The notes under the pieces were generated by a model. It saw only the letters and a list, made by a program, of their open reading frames with translations. It did no database searches and had not been told where the DNA came from. 50,122 nt of DNA from Trypethelium eluteriae. Its lineage: Eukaryota. The position numbers and the translations under genes were made by a program. The stretch lies in NCBI GenBank assembly GCA_051942245.1, contig JAVECL010000118.1, positions 1 to 50,122 on the forward strand, in the 5' to 3' direction. Shown here one piece after another: positions 24,315 through 35,938 of the stretch (position 1 is the first letter of the stretch; every line of letters begins with the position of its first letter).

Positions 24315-27300
24315 TCATGCCCATACAAGTCTCTTGATTGAGTGTCCGATTGACTCAAGATATGTCGTGCTCTTCTTCGCATCTGCTAAGGAGATGATTG
24401 GTTTCTCCTCAATGTGTATAGTGCCATCTTCACCCTTCTTTCCATCTATCTCGGCCTGATTTATTCGCAAGACGACCCTTTGAATGTCATCGCATACGTT
24501 CTCAATAATGTCCTTTTCGCTCTGATGTTTGGTATCCGCTGCGGACTCTGAGGTCATAGCACTTGATCGGGGTGGCAGAGCCTTAAAGGCTAGGATTCGA
24601 ATCTGCTCATCTTGCGTCGGACCCTGCTTCTTGTCGGATTCATGATTCTCTGGTCTTTGTTCTTCGGGACTGTTTACTTGAAGTTTATTCTCCGCAGCCG
24701 ATTCGACCTCGGTCCTTTCATTAGGCTCTTTCTCGCTTTCCAGACTTCGAGTATTGACGCGACGAAGATCTTTCCCAGATGGGGCATAATAGCTGACAAC
24801 AAAGCCATAGTTTTTCTCCTCGTCCCGTTGTTTGGAGGTCAGCGTAGAGGTAATATACATTCCCTTTTGCAGACCTGTGACTCGATCCAGATCAACTTTC
24901 GTGAATTCGGAAACTTTCTCGATGCTCCAGTCAAAGCGACAGAGGTACAAGGACAGATTTGTCACAAGTACCACGCATTCCTCGAAAGGAAGCCTCCTCA
25001 AAGTGTTGGGTTCGTGCGGCGATATCAAGGTCCAGCCAGACTCTAGATCTTCAGCCGAATCCTCGATGACAATCTTTGCGCACGTTTCAATCGCCGACTG
25101 TCGGACTTTGGTCATGTTCATTGCCAAATCTTTCGACTTCATGTCGGCCTCGAAATCGTCGAAAACTGCTTCGTTCGTGCGGCCGAGGAGGTAGTCGATG
25201 CATGCTTGGGTAAAATAGTCCCCAAAAATGTTGTTGTAATAGCGATTCAATGTCAAGCTGAAGTCGGTCAGCGCACCAGTGATGTTGCGTTTTCGTGTTC
25301 GCGTGTAATCTCCTTTCAACGCAGCGGTGCCGGCATATTGCCTACTGATTGCGTCACCATTATCAGCCCAAACCTGGTTGAACCATGAGGTGGTCGGGTC
25401 ACTCTGCAGGTCAATTTTGAACCCTTGGTCAGCGAGTTGTCGTTCAAGCGCCCAGCGACCCGTGGCGGATTGCACAACATTCGTCCGATCGAGACAGTCC
25501 ATGCAATTCGTGCGAAGTATACCGTCCTGTTCTTTAATTGGCTTGTCTTCTTGAAGAACTGTCCAGCCGTAAGATGAGAGGGTGGTTTCCAGTTCTTGAA
25601 TAAGCAAAGAGACATTCTCAAACTTCATACCGCGGCAGATGTTGTGGAAATCAAACCACTTGAAGCCAACCTGCTTCCCGTCAAGGCCCCCGTCTTCACT
25701 CAAGCTCTCGGCAAGTCTCTGATATTCTTGACCAATATGACTTTCTGTCCCATGCTTGTCAACAAGAGATGCAATCTGCACATTGCGGTACCGTGATAGA
25801 AGGGTTGCAAAATGCAACTTGAAAGCCGCCTGATTAGCTTGAGGAGATCCATATAATACCGGAATAGGTTTGAAGCTATACGGGCTTTGCGAGAAATATA
25901 ATGGAATTGAGCCCCTGCATTGCAGAAAGGAGTAAATCCTGTCTCCTGAGTCCCATGTCGGAGATGAGAGAATTTGCTCTGTCTCGACTGCGTTTGCTGT
26001 GTGTCCGCGGTCATCTATTCCTCGTCGCAAATACCTCAATCCTGCTCGCTCTGTCGATCGTCTTGAGATTAGCGTCAGCATAAAGCTCTGCCGTTGGTCA
26101 TTTTGATCTTCATCTGTAGGAAGCTTCTGCCTTTGAGTGCGCAAGTTAGCGCTTAACGTCACGCATTTGGAAATACTTGAGCATACTGTTCAGTCTTTCT
26201 ATCTTCTTTAGCTTCCTCGGCTTCGGCTTCAGCTTCCGCTGCCACCTGCCCTGATGCTTCTTGAGATGCTCCAACGATAGCATCTTGTCCAGTCGAAACG
26301 TCTTTTTGCAATGTGAATGTTTTCTGCCCAATAAAGCCTTGCATCAATGGTAGCACAAAATTGACTTGACCAGCGTCGATAAAAGGCAATGTGAGGTGAT
26401 GGTTCCAAAAGAACTGGATGGAGTCAGTGGATTAATATCTGCGACGACCTCATTTTGATGACTTACAAGAGGATCAAATTGCTTGAACAAAGGGGTGGTA
26501 GAACCTGGACTGGGCTGCTGTGAAAGGCTGTGGGAAAGATCATGCTCATGGGAATAGAAAAAGCTCTTCGAGCTTAGAAGAAGTCTCGTAGTATGGAGTA
26601 CTTTAGGTAGAAGGGCCATGGACATATCGTCTAGAGGATGACCGGCTTCTGTAGTAGATTGTATTCCTCTATCCTTCACAGCGACTGCATCCAGTGGAGG
26701 AACTTTTGTCGCCTCTTCCGAGTCTTCAGCTGGTCTCACCGATGCTTCCGTCGCGACTGTCTTCGAGACGTCCTCTTGACTGCTCATGCCCAAGGTCCTC
26801 CTTTTATCGGCACTCCAGCCTGCTCGCGAGAACCATCGCTCCGCAAAGCGGCCATAGGCGCCACGCTTACCTATCACATCTTCCACTACACTTGTAGTCT
26901 TCTTATGTCCTTTCTCACCGCTATCCTTCCCCTCGAGCTCAGATGATGGAGTTACAGGTGAACCCAGGCTGGCCTCGTCTGGTCCACCTAAACTACTTAC
27001 ATCGTCCAGTAGAGACTCGTTCTCAGCAGTCGCATCTTCGTTTCCCTCTTCAATATAGTGATTGAGTTTCCCGCGAGCTTGAGATATGGCAGTATTGGCT
27101 TCAGAATGAGACGCAAGAGGAATCAAAGCGACGTCTTGGATGACATAGATCGGCTTGCCTTGAATCTGGGCCACCTGTCTTCGTCTGCAAATCGATATCA
27201 GGTAGGCTCGAGAGGAAATGGACAGTAGACCTAAGAACCCGCGGCGTTAGCAATGGTTAGGCTAATGTGCACCATCCCGTCTTACCAATGATGCCATGGG

Positions 27301-27542
27301 CTTCTAATGGCACTTGTCCACTCTGTTCCTGCCGCCAGTCATGAATGACTGGGCTTATGACATGACTCTTGTAGTCGATTCGGATTGAAGAAGCCGCGGC
27401 AGCAGCAGAATTGCGCTGGGATAATGGCTGTAAGATCAAGCCATCTGCCGCAGCATCTATGCGCGCGTTACTGAGTGTTCATCTAACGTGTCAATGGGTT
27501 TTGCCAGGTACAGATCAGCAGCTTGCGCACAAGACCAGGCAT
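24315..27542 (-). CDS. Sac-domain phosphoinositide phosphatase with C-terminal hSac2-like domain
   Basis: MPGLVRKLLI start; FFWN, LISRRS..RAGLRYLRRG, RGSIP, RTNCMDCLDRTN (CX5R), WADNGDAISRQYAGT. GT-AG introns join the ORF pieces in frame. Confidence 0.93.
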
Positions 27543-27953
27543 ACCTTGGGTACGCTTGGTCTATCAATTGTATGACATTGAGGGGATGCTTCGTTGGGAT
27601 GCTTCGTTGCGATGCGTAAATCAAGGCGAGCTTGTCCATTATTGTCACTTGCGATGCTGGGTTATTCGCAATGACGTAATTGTTGTCATCCTGTTCGGGA
27701 GAACGCGTACAGTACTCTAATTAGCTTTCTCTGAACTACGTGACAAACTCCTCCGAAACTGTCTCCAGTCCCAGTACTTTACATTACTGCGTTACATGAG
27801 AAACACAGGGTATCCTATTGAAGCACAAACAAAGCTGTGACAAAATGGCACTGCTTTTCACAGAACCTAACGCTTCTCTTCCGAAGACCCATACATTATT
27901 TCGCATAAAACCCTGCGTCAGCCGCTATGCAATTAGAAAGCGTACGAAGATGG

Positions 27954-29574
27954 TCAATTCCACTCTGAGGACAGCTCGAGACCCGACCCAAATAGAAAGA
28001 ACGCAGCGACCACGATCAACAAGGAGAAGACTCCAAGGATTTCGAAAGCAAAGCCAAATAGGACAAAGGTAGGCGAGGGAGAGATGGTAACCTCATTGAT
28101 ACGTCGCGGCCTCTCGAATTCTGGGGAGGGCGGAATCTCAATCCTTGGAACCACTAAACTCGGACTCGGACTTGGGCTAGGTAACGCTATGTAGCCTTCG
28201 CTTTGCTTGCGAGATACGGTAGCACGTCTCCATTTCTTTACGCCGCGGATTACGGCCATCGTGTGCCTGATGCCAGAAGGTCGCTGTGGACTTCGGAGAC
28301 TGATCCAGTCAATCCGTCTTACCTTGACTATCGCATCTTCCCCTTTGCAAGCATTAGTCAATCGCTTTGCCAGATCTTCCGCTTGTGTTTTCGTTAAGGA
28401 GTCCGTCCTCAGGGCAAATTTGAGAGTCAGATAGGACCTGATTGGATTTTCGTTGAACGAATTCTGGCGTTTTGGGTTCCTGTCAAGACGGTTTAACTGT
28501 ATGTGCCGGGTATTTGTATGTGAACGACGGTCACGGGTGAAGAGACAGGAATTAGGTTCTTCATCGCTGTCCCCAATCACTCGCTGATTCAAGTCATGTG
28601 TAGAAAAGGCCCTCTCTTTCTTTGCGAGGTGTCTGAGGGCTCGTATGAGCTTGCCTGTGAAGGAATTTTCCGGGTGTGCACTGGTTACATGGCCAGGCCC
28701 CGCTGCTGTCAAGAGTTCATAGGTAGGTAGGTCAGGCCTATCGCGCCGTATGTGGCGCTCAAAATAAGTATGAAGGGCCTTCTCATGGCGGTTTTCCTCA
28801 TAGCCGTCCTTTTTTCCATTTTTCTGTATGTCACTCGCGAAACAGCAATCAAGTATGCTGAGGACATCGCATTCGACCTCCTCAATCAATGCGTCTTCTG
28901 CTGTATTCCAGGATGCCCGGGCAAGGTTGTTGCCACTGAAATATTCCCTAGAGGCAGCCAATTCAAGATGCTCTTTTGTTTCATCAAAGACACCATGGCC
29001 GGTGTAAAATACAATCTGACGTGAAACTCAGCAGAGTAGCATCAAGGTCTATTTGGGAGTCTTACGACGAGGTTATTTGGACTGTCATGCCGACCAAGGA
29101 AGGCTGAGAGGCCACTTTTCAATTGATGTTGCGCTTTAGACTTGTCATCTAATTTCAGTAGCTCGGTAGTAAAGTTGAATTGCTCTTCAAAAACGGTTCT
29201 CAATTCGTCAACCTAGAGCAGTTTTGAGTATCGGTTAGAAATTGATTGGACGGTTATCTTACCTGAGGCGCGCAATTTAGCTCATCGATGCTGTCATCCC
29301 ATTGAATGAGGAGGACAGCGACGTCTTGATACCCAATCGGTATTTTCATGAATCGGCACATGGCATCCTGCCAGTGGTTCTGCAAGTCATCGTCACCATC
29401 CTGGTGATGGGCGTGATCGTTACTACCATGTGGCGAGGCACCCTGCGATAAGATGGGTCCATTAGAGTGGGGAAGAGCATCCGGCGAGGTGACGGTCTCA
29501 ATGTCTTCACCGGGAGAAACAACCGGTTCATGATCCTCATCAGCAGTAGTGGGAAGGTCAATGTGCATAGCCAT
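27954..29574 (-). CDS. Caspase-like (clan CD/peptidase C14-type) protein with C-terminal hydrophobic helix, 3 exons
   Basis: Introns 29213-29262 and 29016-29065 give GYQDVAVLLIQW...VDELRTVFEEQFNF...NNLVIVFYTGHG...DVLSILDCCFAS...YELLTAAG...SFTGKLIRAL. The His (GHG) and Cys (DCC) dyad positions are present. Confidence 0.8.
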
Positions 29575-30378
29575 GTATTACTGGTCTATATTGCTAGGGC
29601 CGTGGGGAGATTTGAGCAATAAGTGGCCGCCCGACTGCAGGCGCCCGAACAAATTAAATGAAAGCCAGTGTAAGACGTACATAAGAGCGCAGTAGACCGC
29701 AAACGTGCAGTCGGTGAAGAAAGACGGTGCGTTGGTGTGCAGGTAAGAGCAAACAGTCTGCCTTGCTGCCTGGCACAAGAGACCGTACTCTACCTACTCC
29801 ACCGCAATAGACTGCAAGCGTACAGTATTATTTTCATGTTTGCGATCAGCCTTACTCTTAAGGCCGCAATTGAATCAGCGTCCAACCACGACTATTTTCA
29901 GCTGAGGACTAGAATGCGCCAAACGAAGTGCGGCTGTTTGGAAGTAGGCGTCGATAATCTGAAGAACGGAAAATCTGATTGTTACTATACGGCTTACGGA
30001 CAGAAAGCCGAGCTAGGCAGGGACGGCTTCATGGGCGTACAGCTGGGGCTGTGTCAAAAGCAATTGGGGGCCAACACGACCAGTAGCATAGCCGATTGAT
30101 GGCGATCGCCCGACTCAGCCAGGGCTCACGAGCTGTGGCAAGATCGCAGCAACAATCGCTCTACTATGCAGTTTGGAGGGAGCCTCCACAGAGCCGCATT
30201 CATGATCTTGTAGCCTACAAGCACGGTAGCAGCGAGGATAATAGGGTACAAAAGGTGGCCAAGGAGCCATCCTTGAGCATTGATTTCCGATATAGTGGTT
30301 TCTATGCAACAGCCTCACATCATCCAATTCATTTTAAAGACCAACGACTTCCAAGAAATATAACTCTAAGACAAAGCC

Positions 30379-30852
30379 ATGGCCGCTCCGCTCAATGGAC
30401 AAGACATACACGTGGAAGCGGGGCAGGACGAGGTACGACCTGGATACGCCCCTTCCGTACTCCGTACAGATTATTGGCATCCTAACCCTCGAAAAGCAGC
30501 AAAGCGATGCAAAGACAGCCTCGTCGGGCCTTCCCCCTTACAAGTCGACGGTTACTCCGTCTTCCGACCCTAAAAAGGTACGCTGCAGGTTGTCTGAACT
30601 CAATTTGCCTCCACTGACGATTTGGGACCTAAGTCTGAACCCAAGTACAAGATTGGGGGTCTTCCAGTCTCTTACACGGTAAAGGAGAATGGCAAACGCG
30701 TACCCAAGAAGTACAATGTAGTGGGCACCCCAGATATTTGCGGTCATTATGAATATGTGCTTCAGGACGACGATGGGAATTACGCTAATAATGGTGAACC
30801 CGTCCCTCCGTCACGACTGGCTTTTTGGGTGGACAAGAGTGATAAGAAATGA
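30379..30852 (+). CDS. Small (~117 aa) hypothetical protein with a possible SH3/Tudor-like beta-barrel C-terminus, 3 exons
   Basis: MAAPLNGQDIHVEAGQDE | QQSDAK...DPKK | SEPKYKIGGLPVSY...KKYNVVG...YEYVLQDDDG...GEPVPPSRL...*. Both GTACG donors and AAG acceptors keep frame. Confidence 0.6.
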
Positions 30853-31205
30853 CTTGTGGTTGGATAAGCGGATGAATTATTAGACAGTTCGCCCCGTCTA
30901 TTCTCATGATTGCTTTAAGCTAGCGAATGTACTTTACCGTTCTTTTCTCAGATCCGAGACAGGGGCTTCCGAGCTACTGTACGCGGTGCCGCTGGTGCGC
31001 CCATCCGTGTAAATCTGTGTTCTGCTCGGGAGTTTGCATATTACCGGAAGGAGGATGCAGTTGTCGCAGTGGCATCGCCCAGTATGCCTTGCAGTGTGCC
31101 TCGTTTGAGGCGCAGCAGCACACATACATAACCCGACTTGTCCACCACTTTTAGCTTCTCGACCGAAGCGGCCTCTCTCTTATCTCTTGCACGAAGCAGA
31201 TACTC

Positions 31206-32580
31206 ATGGCTGAGAAAACTGCTATCGGTGAAAAGACGGCATGTGATCCCACAACTCCTGTCTCCGCTAGTTCGGGTGACACAATCATAAACATACCACC
31301 GCCTGAAGAGAAAGGTCAGAGAGCCGGAGCAGGCCTCCGCCAAAAAGGTGAGCCATCGGAAATCTGCCTTGGCATTCTCGGACCAATCTGGCGCTAAACT
31401 GATATTGGATTAGTCTCCTCCTTCTCTAGCTGGAGCTTTAGTCCATTTCGACAAGGTCATCCAATACATGAGACTGTCGTACGGAAACGTCAGTGATCCC
31501 ACAGTCTACTCACCATCAATCACCGCTGAGATCCTTTTCAGTCGAAAATTGCCCCCAAGGATATCCACGGCTAGCAGCCTTTCTATCCAGTGATCAGAAT
31601 TTTACCCTCTATCGAGGTTTTAGCTATCTGCATTCCCGTGTCCTGCTCCATCTGCAGGAGGAAGTCTCATCCCTTGAGCGTGAATTAGATGAGCTTGATA
31701 ATGAAGACGATCATGATGGAAATCACGATCGTCTTAAGAATCTCGAGCTTGATCGAGCTACAGCGAACGCTGAGGGCGAGGAACGGTCACGCCACGTGAT
31801 CGTTGGTGAAATTAAGAACAAGCTTCTCGAATACGGTAATCTATAGTCTCTGCGAAAGCTTTCCGAAGGTCTCGTTCTGATATAGAGTGTAGATGAGGTC
31901 CTCATCAAAGCTCGAGAAATGGCCTCGTTCCAACGCCCAGCTGATCGTGACTACCGCTCTGTCAGAACCTGGCTCTCCAATACCAGGCCAATCGTCGACG
32001 AAGAAGAAGGTTTCATCCGATGTAAAGAGGATATCGTCACTCTCCGCCATGGTCGGGAATGTGCCGGATTCGATGGCCTTGTAGAATCCATTCTTAAGCG
32101 CTTGGATTCTAAAGTCACTCGAGTAAGTCCCCCAAGCATTTTCAGCGGGCATGATGATCGTGTGCTGAGAATTTGCAGTTCCTTTTCTGCACTCGTGAAC
32201 TTCGCCAAAAGACGCAAGACCAACACATCTACTACTTCTCACCCAGCCGCGTCGACACCCTCGTTGGTCTCATCATCACTTTGGTTATTTTTATACTGCT
32301 TATACTCCCCGTTGTTGCCATGTATCGACTCACTAGCCTCGGAGACGGAAACGTCCATAGCACTTTCCAAGCCATTGGGGTTCTCATCGTGTTCACGCTC
32401 CTGTTCTCTGGGGCGATGGCCGCTCTAACGAAGGCGAGGAGGCACGAACTTTTTGCTGCTTCCGCTGTGAGTTCCCCCTCCAGTGTCTGGACATCATTGC
32501 ATCTCAGCTGACCCCCTGGCCAGGCGTACTGCGCAGTCCTGGTGGTATTTATCAGCAATTTCAGTGGTAACACACCATGA
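31206..32580 (+). CDS. DUF6594-type fungal protein (coiled coil plus ~3 C-terminal TM helices), multi-exon
   Basis: ENCPQGYPRLAAFLSSDQNFTLYRGFSYLHSRVLLHLQEEVSSLERELDELD...KLLEY|DEVL...TM helices...TKARRHELFAASA|AYCAVLVVFIS. Confidence 0.85.
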
Positions 32581-33145
32581 TGTCCCTCGATGGGAACTTG
32601 ATATATTCTTTAACTAATAATGTCGTGGCCTTATGGTCGCGTCAGTCTCACCAACCCTTACCAGGGCTCAGGTCCGGCTAATGAGAAGGATTTATCAAGC
32701 CAAGGGGTTTGGGCTCTGTGTAGCATGAGCCCAGGAAATGTTAAGCATAACAAGAGACATGACTAACATGATTCTATAAGCTATCGCATGTGTGGCTGAA
32801 GGGCAAGTTGCTTTAAAGGTTGTATCATCTGATAGTTCTTGAAGCGCTTCTAGTCATCTGAGTAGGTTGTATATAATCAATAAAAGTACAATCCAGCATT
32901 TTGAACCAAGATAAATACTATTGCCAATTTGTATCCTATATACCCCAACACCTAGACATATGCAGCCTTACCCAGTACCATTACAATCCTGAGATGTATG
33001 CATATAATGCATTTTGCCAACCTCTCTGGCCCTCTTTCCTGGCAAACATATGCCTAACTTTCGGGGTTCTATACATGCCCAACATCGCCAAAGCCCAACA
33101 CACTATACAAAAGCAAATCCCTATCCAAGCTTCCGCCGTCCACCT

Positions 33146-33733
33146 TCACAAAAGCCACCTCCCCAAAAACATGCCCACGAGCGCCATCAACCCCAACCCA
33201 TTCCCATATTGCGCCTCCGCCGCCAACCCCGGCGCCACCCCTGTCGAACTACTGCTACTCGCCACACTAACCGTACTCGCCGCACTCAGCTTCTCCAAGC
33301 CGCCCGTAATCGTCACCGGCAGCACAGTATGCGAGGGCACAGTGTTCGTCGTGAGCGTCAGCCCCTTAGGCGTCAGCGTCAATTCGCACGCGGTCGGACT
33401 CGCGCTCCCGGTCGTATTGCAGCTCGCAGTCACGAACCCCGTGTTCGGGACGCTGAGGGTGGCGGCGTAGGAGCCGGAGGAGGCGCTGGAGGGGCCGACG
33501 GTGACGGTGGCGTTGGCGGAGGTGCCGAGCGCGTTGCTGTCGGGGAAGTTGATCAGGTAGACGGTGGAGGCGGAGTTCGCGGTGATGACGGAGCCGTTGA
33601 AGGTTTGCGAGGGGGCGATGAGGACGAGGAGGGGGGTTGTGAGCGCCGAGGGGGATGAGGAGCCGGAGGTTGGAGTTGGCGATGTGGAGGCGGAGGCGGG
33701 GAGGGAGTCGCGAGAGGTGGTTCCTGCGGACAT
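33146..33733 (-). CDS. Ser/Thr-rich putative GPI-anchored cell-surface protein
   Basis: S/T-rich, two Cys, VLPVTITGGLEKL, and a C-terminal small-residue site plus hydrophobic tail. No clear N-terminal signal peptide. Confidence 0.7.
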   Translation of the reverse strand: MSAGTTSRDSLPASASTSPTPTSGSSSPSALTTPLLVLIAPSQTFNGSVITANSASTVYLINFPDSNALGTSANATVTVGPSSASSGSYAATLSVPNTGFVTASCNTTGSASPTACELTLTPKGLTLTTNTVPSHTVLPVTITGGLEKLSAASTVSVASSSSSTGVAPGLAAEAQYGNGLGLMALVGMFLGRWLL

Positions 33734-34677
33734 TGTGTGGGTTTGAAGTGGTGGTAAGGGGAGAGGGCCACGAGCGCTCGATTAGGAGAGGATTGGTCTT
33801 CGTTGAAGAGCTCCGGAGGGTGGGTGTCGTGAGGTTAGGCGATTTCCTTCTAGAGACTCTGAGATTGGTGGAGAGCCTTCTTCCTGACGTTAATTAAACG
33901 AAAGACGATCGAAGAAGGATGAATGCAATTGATGATGAGTTTGAGACGAGGATGAGGTAAATGAAATACTCGATTCAAAGGTTGCCACAGGGGAGATGAG
34001 ACATCGAACGGACGGGCAAATAGAAGCGAAAACAGCGTAATTGAGACGGACAATGTTTCCGAAAATACGACAAGGTCCCGCAGATCTTTACCCATGACGC
34101 GTTAACAGGGGAACTGCGCCTCCCGTCGCACCGCAGCGGGTAATTCTCCCGAACCCAAATCATCCCATGCTACCATCACCCCATCCTCACACGGCTCAAA
34201 CATTTTGCCATGAGTATGTGTCGTAGCAAGGCCGGCATGCGTCTGCTCGTCAATGTCTTCAAAGACTTTGGATGTCAGAGCACCAAGCTAACCTACAGCG
34301 AGACTGTTCTTAGACCCTTGGAGAGCTTTTAATTATATCAGCGATGTTGTACGTGACGAAGCAAGTCTGGGCTACTCTGTATCAGCTCGTAATGTTCAAC
34401 CGCCCTAAGACCCACCACATTCCCAGTTTAGAATGTCGCTGATGGTTTACCGATTTAGGTAATATATGTTTTTTTTTCTGGCGGCATTGTATCACATGAT
34501 CCGAACCAGTTCAAATTGGTTTTGATGAGAAACTTTATGTGCAAATTTGGGTCGATTTATCTTGGCATAAGAGCTTTCCAAGGGCTCTTTGTGCACGGCT
34601 TCAAGATTATGCTAGGGTGCTATTCACATTCTGATAACAACTCCCACCAGTTCTCTAGTATTATTGCGAAAGAAAAC

Positions 34678-35938
34678 TCACCTTCTTTCCTCTATTGGAG
34701 ACACAAGCACTGGTGTTTCCACTTCTTCATTCTCATTCTCATCTTCATCTCCTTCCTGTTCCTGTTCCTCTTCTTGCGGTGGGTCAGGCGGTAACGGCTT
34801 CTCTGCTAGCCTTTGCATCGAAGATTTCTGCACCGGCTTCTGTGTCAGCGGTGTTTCTCTTGGCTTCTCGTCACTCTCAAGTTCAGCAATAAGTGTACCT
34901 CCAGGCTTTCGCCTCAGTGACACAGGTTTTTCATCATTTGCAAGCTCCGCAACAGGAGTTTTATTAGCCACCTTCCTTTTTGCCATCCCCTCTTGGTCGG
35001 TTGCAAGCTCCACAACTACCTTGAGATGGCCTTCCAGTTCCGCTCTTGGTTTCTCGTTATTTTGAAGTTCCGCAACAGGCAGTGTAGCGAACTCCCTTCT
35101 TTCCGTCTCAGGTTTCTGTTCATCTCCCAGTTCCACAACCGGCATCCTAGGAAACTCTCTTCCACCTGAGAACCCTACTGCTAACCTCCTCTTCTGTCGT
35201 CGTCGACGGAGGAGAAGCCAGACTATTGCGGCTCCGATAAGAACGCCAGATGTGCCTGCAGCAACCCCGATTCCGGCTCGGGCGTTTGAGGAGAGCCTCG
35301 GCGGTAGTGCTGGGGTATTTGTTGCAGCATTACTTGCAGTAGCCAGTCCGTTCGATGTAGTGGATCTCGTCGCATTAGTATTGGTCGTGGGCGAGACGGT
35401 AGCGCTCGCAGGGTTCATTGATGCTGTACTTGATGCAAATTCCCAAGGTGGAAGATTACTCGAGGCACTCGCAATGATATACGTGGAAACGAGATCCTCA
35501 GGCGCAGGCGCAGAGAAGTACTCTTGCAATGGATCGCTGCAAGTCGGGTTCCCACTCATGTCAGTCCCGCAGCACTGCCAAAGTTTTGCTGTGGTATTAT
35601 AGACGGCGTCGGTCATCGCCTGATCTCCTATTTCCGCTTGTCAGACTTGAAAGCGACATACAAATTTGTGGTAATTGTTGCAACTTACCGCAGAATTTCG
35701 GACAGCCAGGTCCCCATTGCGAATCTGTGCAGCCGGCAAGGTACCAGCCTGATCTTCCAGAAACCGACCCTGCACCTCCACAAAACCCGTTAGAATAGCA
35801 AGTTTGACCTTTGTAGCAACACAGAGCGACAGGATTGGTATCACTGAGTGGACTGCATGGCAGATATCCATGCTCAGGTGGGCCGTCATCGAAGACCGAC
35901 CCATGACCCTTTTGAAAGCATTGTACGTGATTAGGCAT
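34678..35938 (-). CDS. Single-pass membrane protein: Cys-rich N-terminal domain, S/T stalk, TM, cytosolic repeats; 2 exons
   Basis: PC...CC...C.SNGFC...GCTD..W..GCPKFC | ...WQCCG; TM AGIGVAAGTSGVLIGAAIVWLLL followed by RRRR; repeated (V/A)EL..xEKP motifs. Confidence 0.8.
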
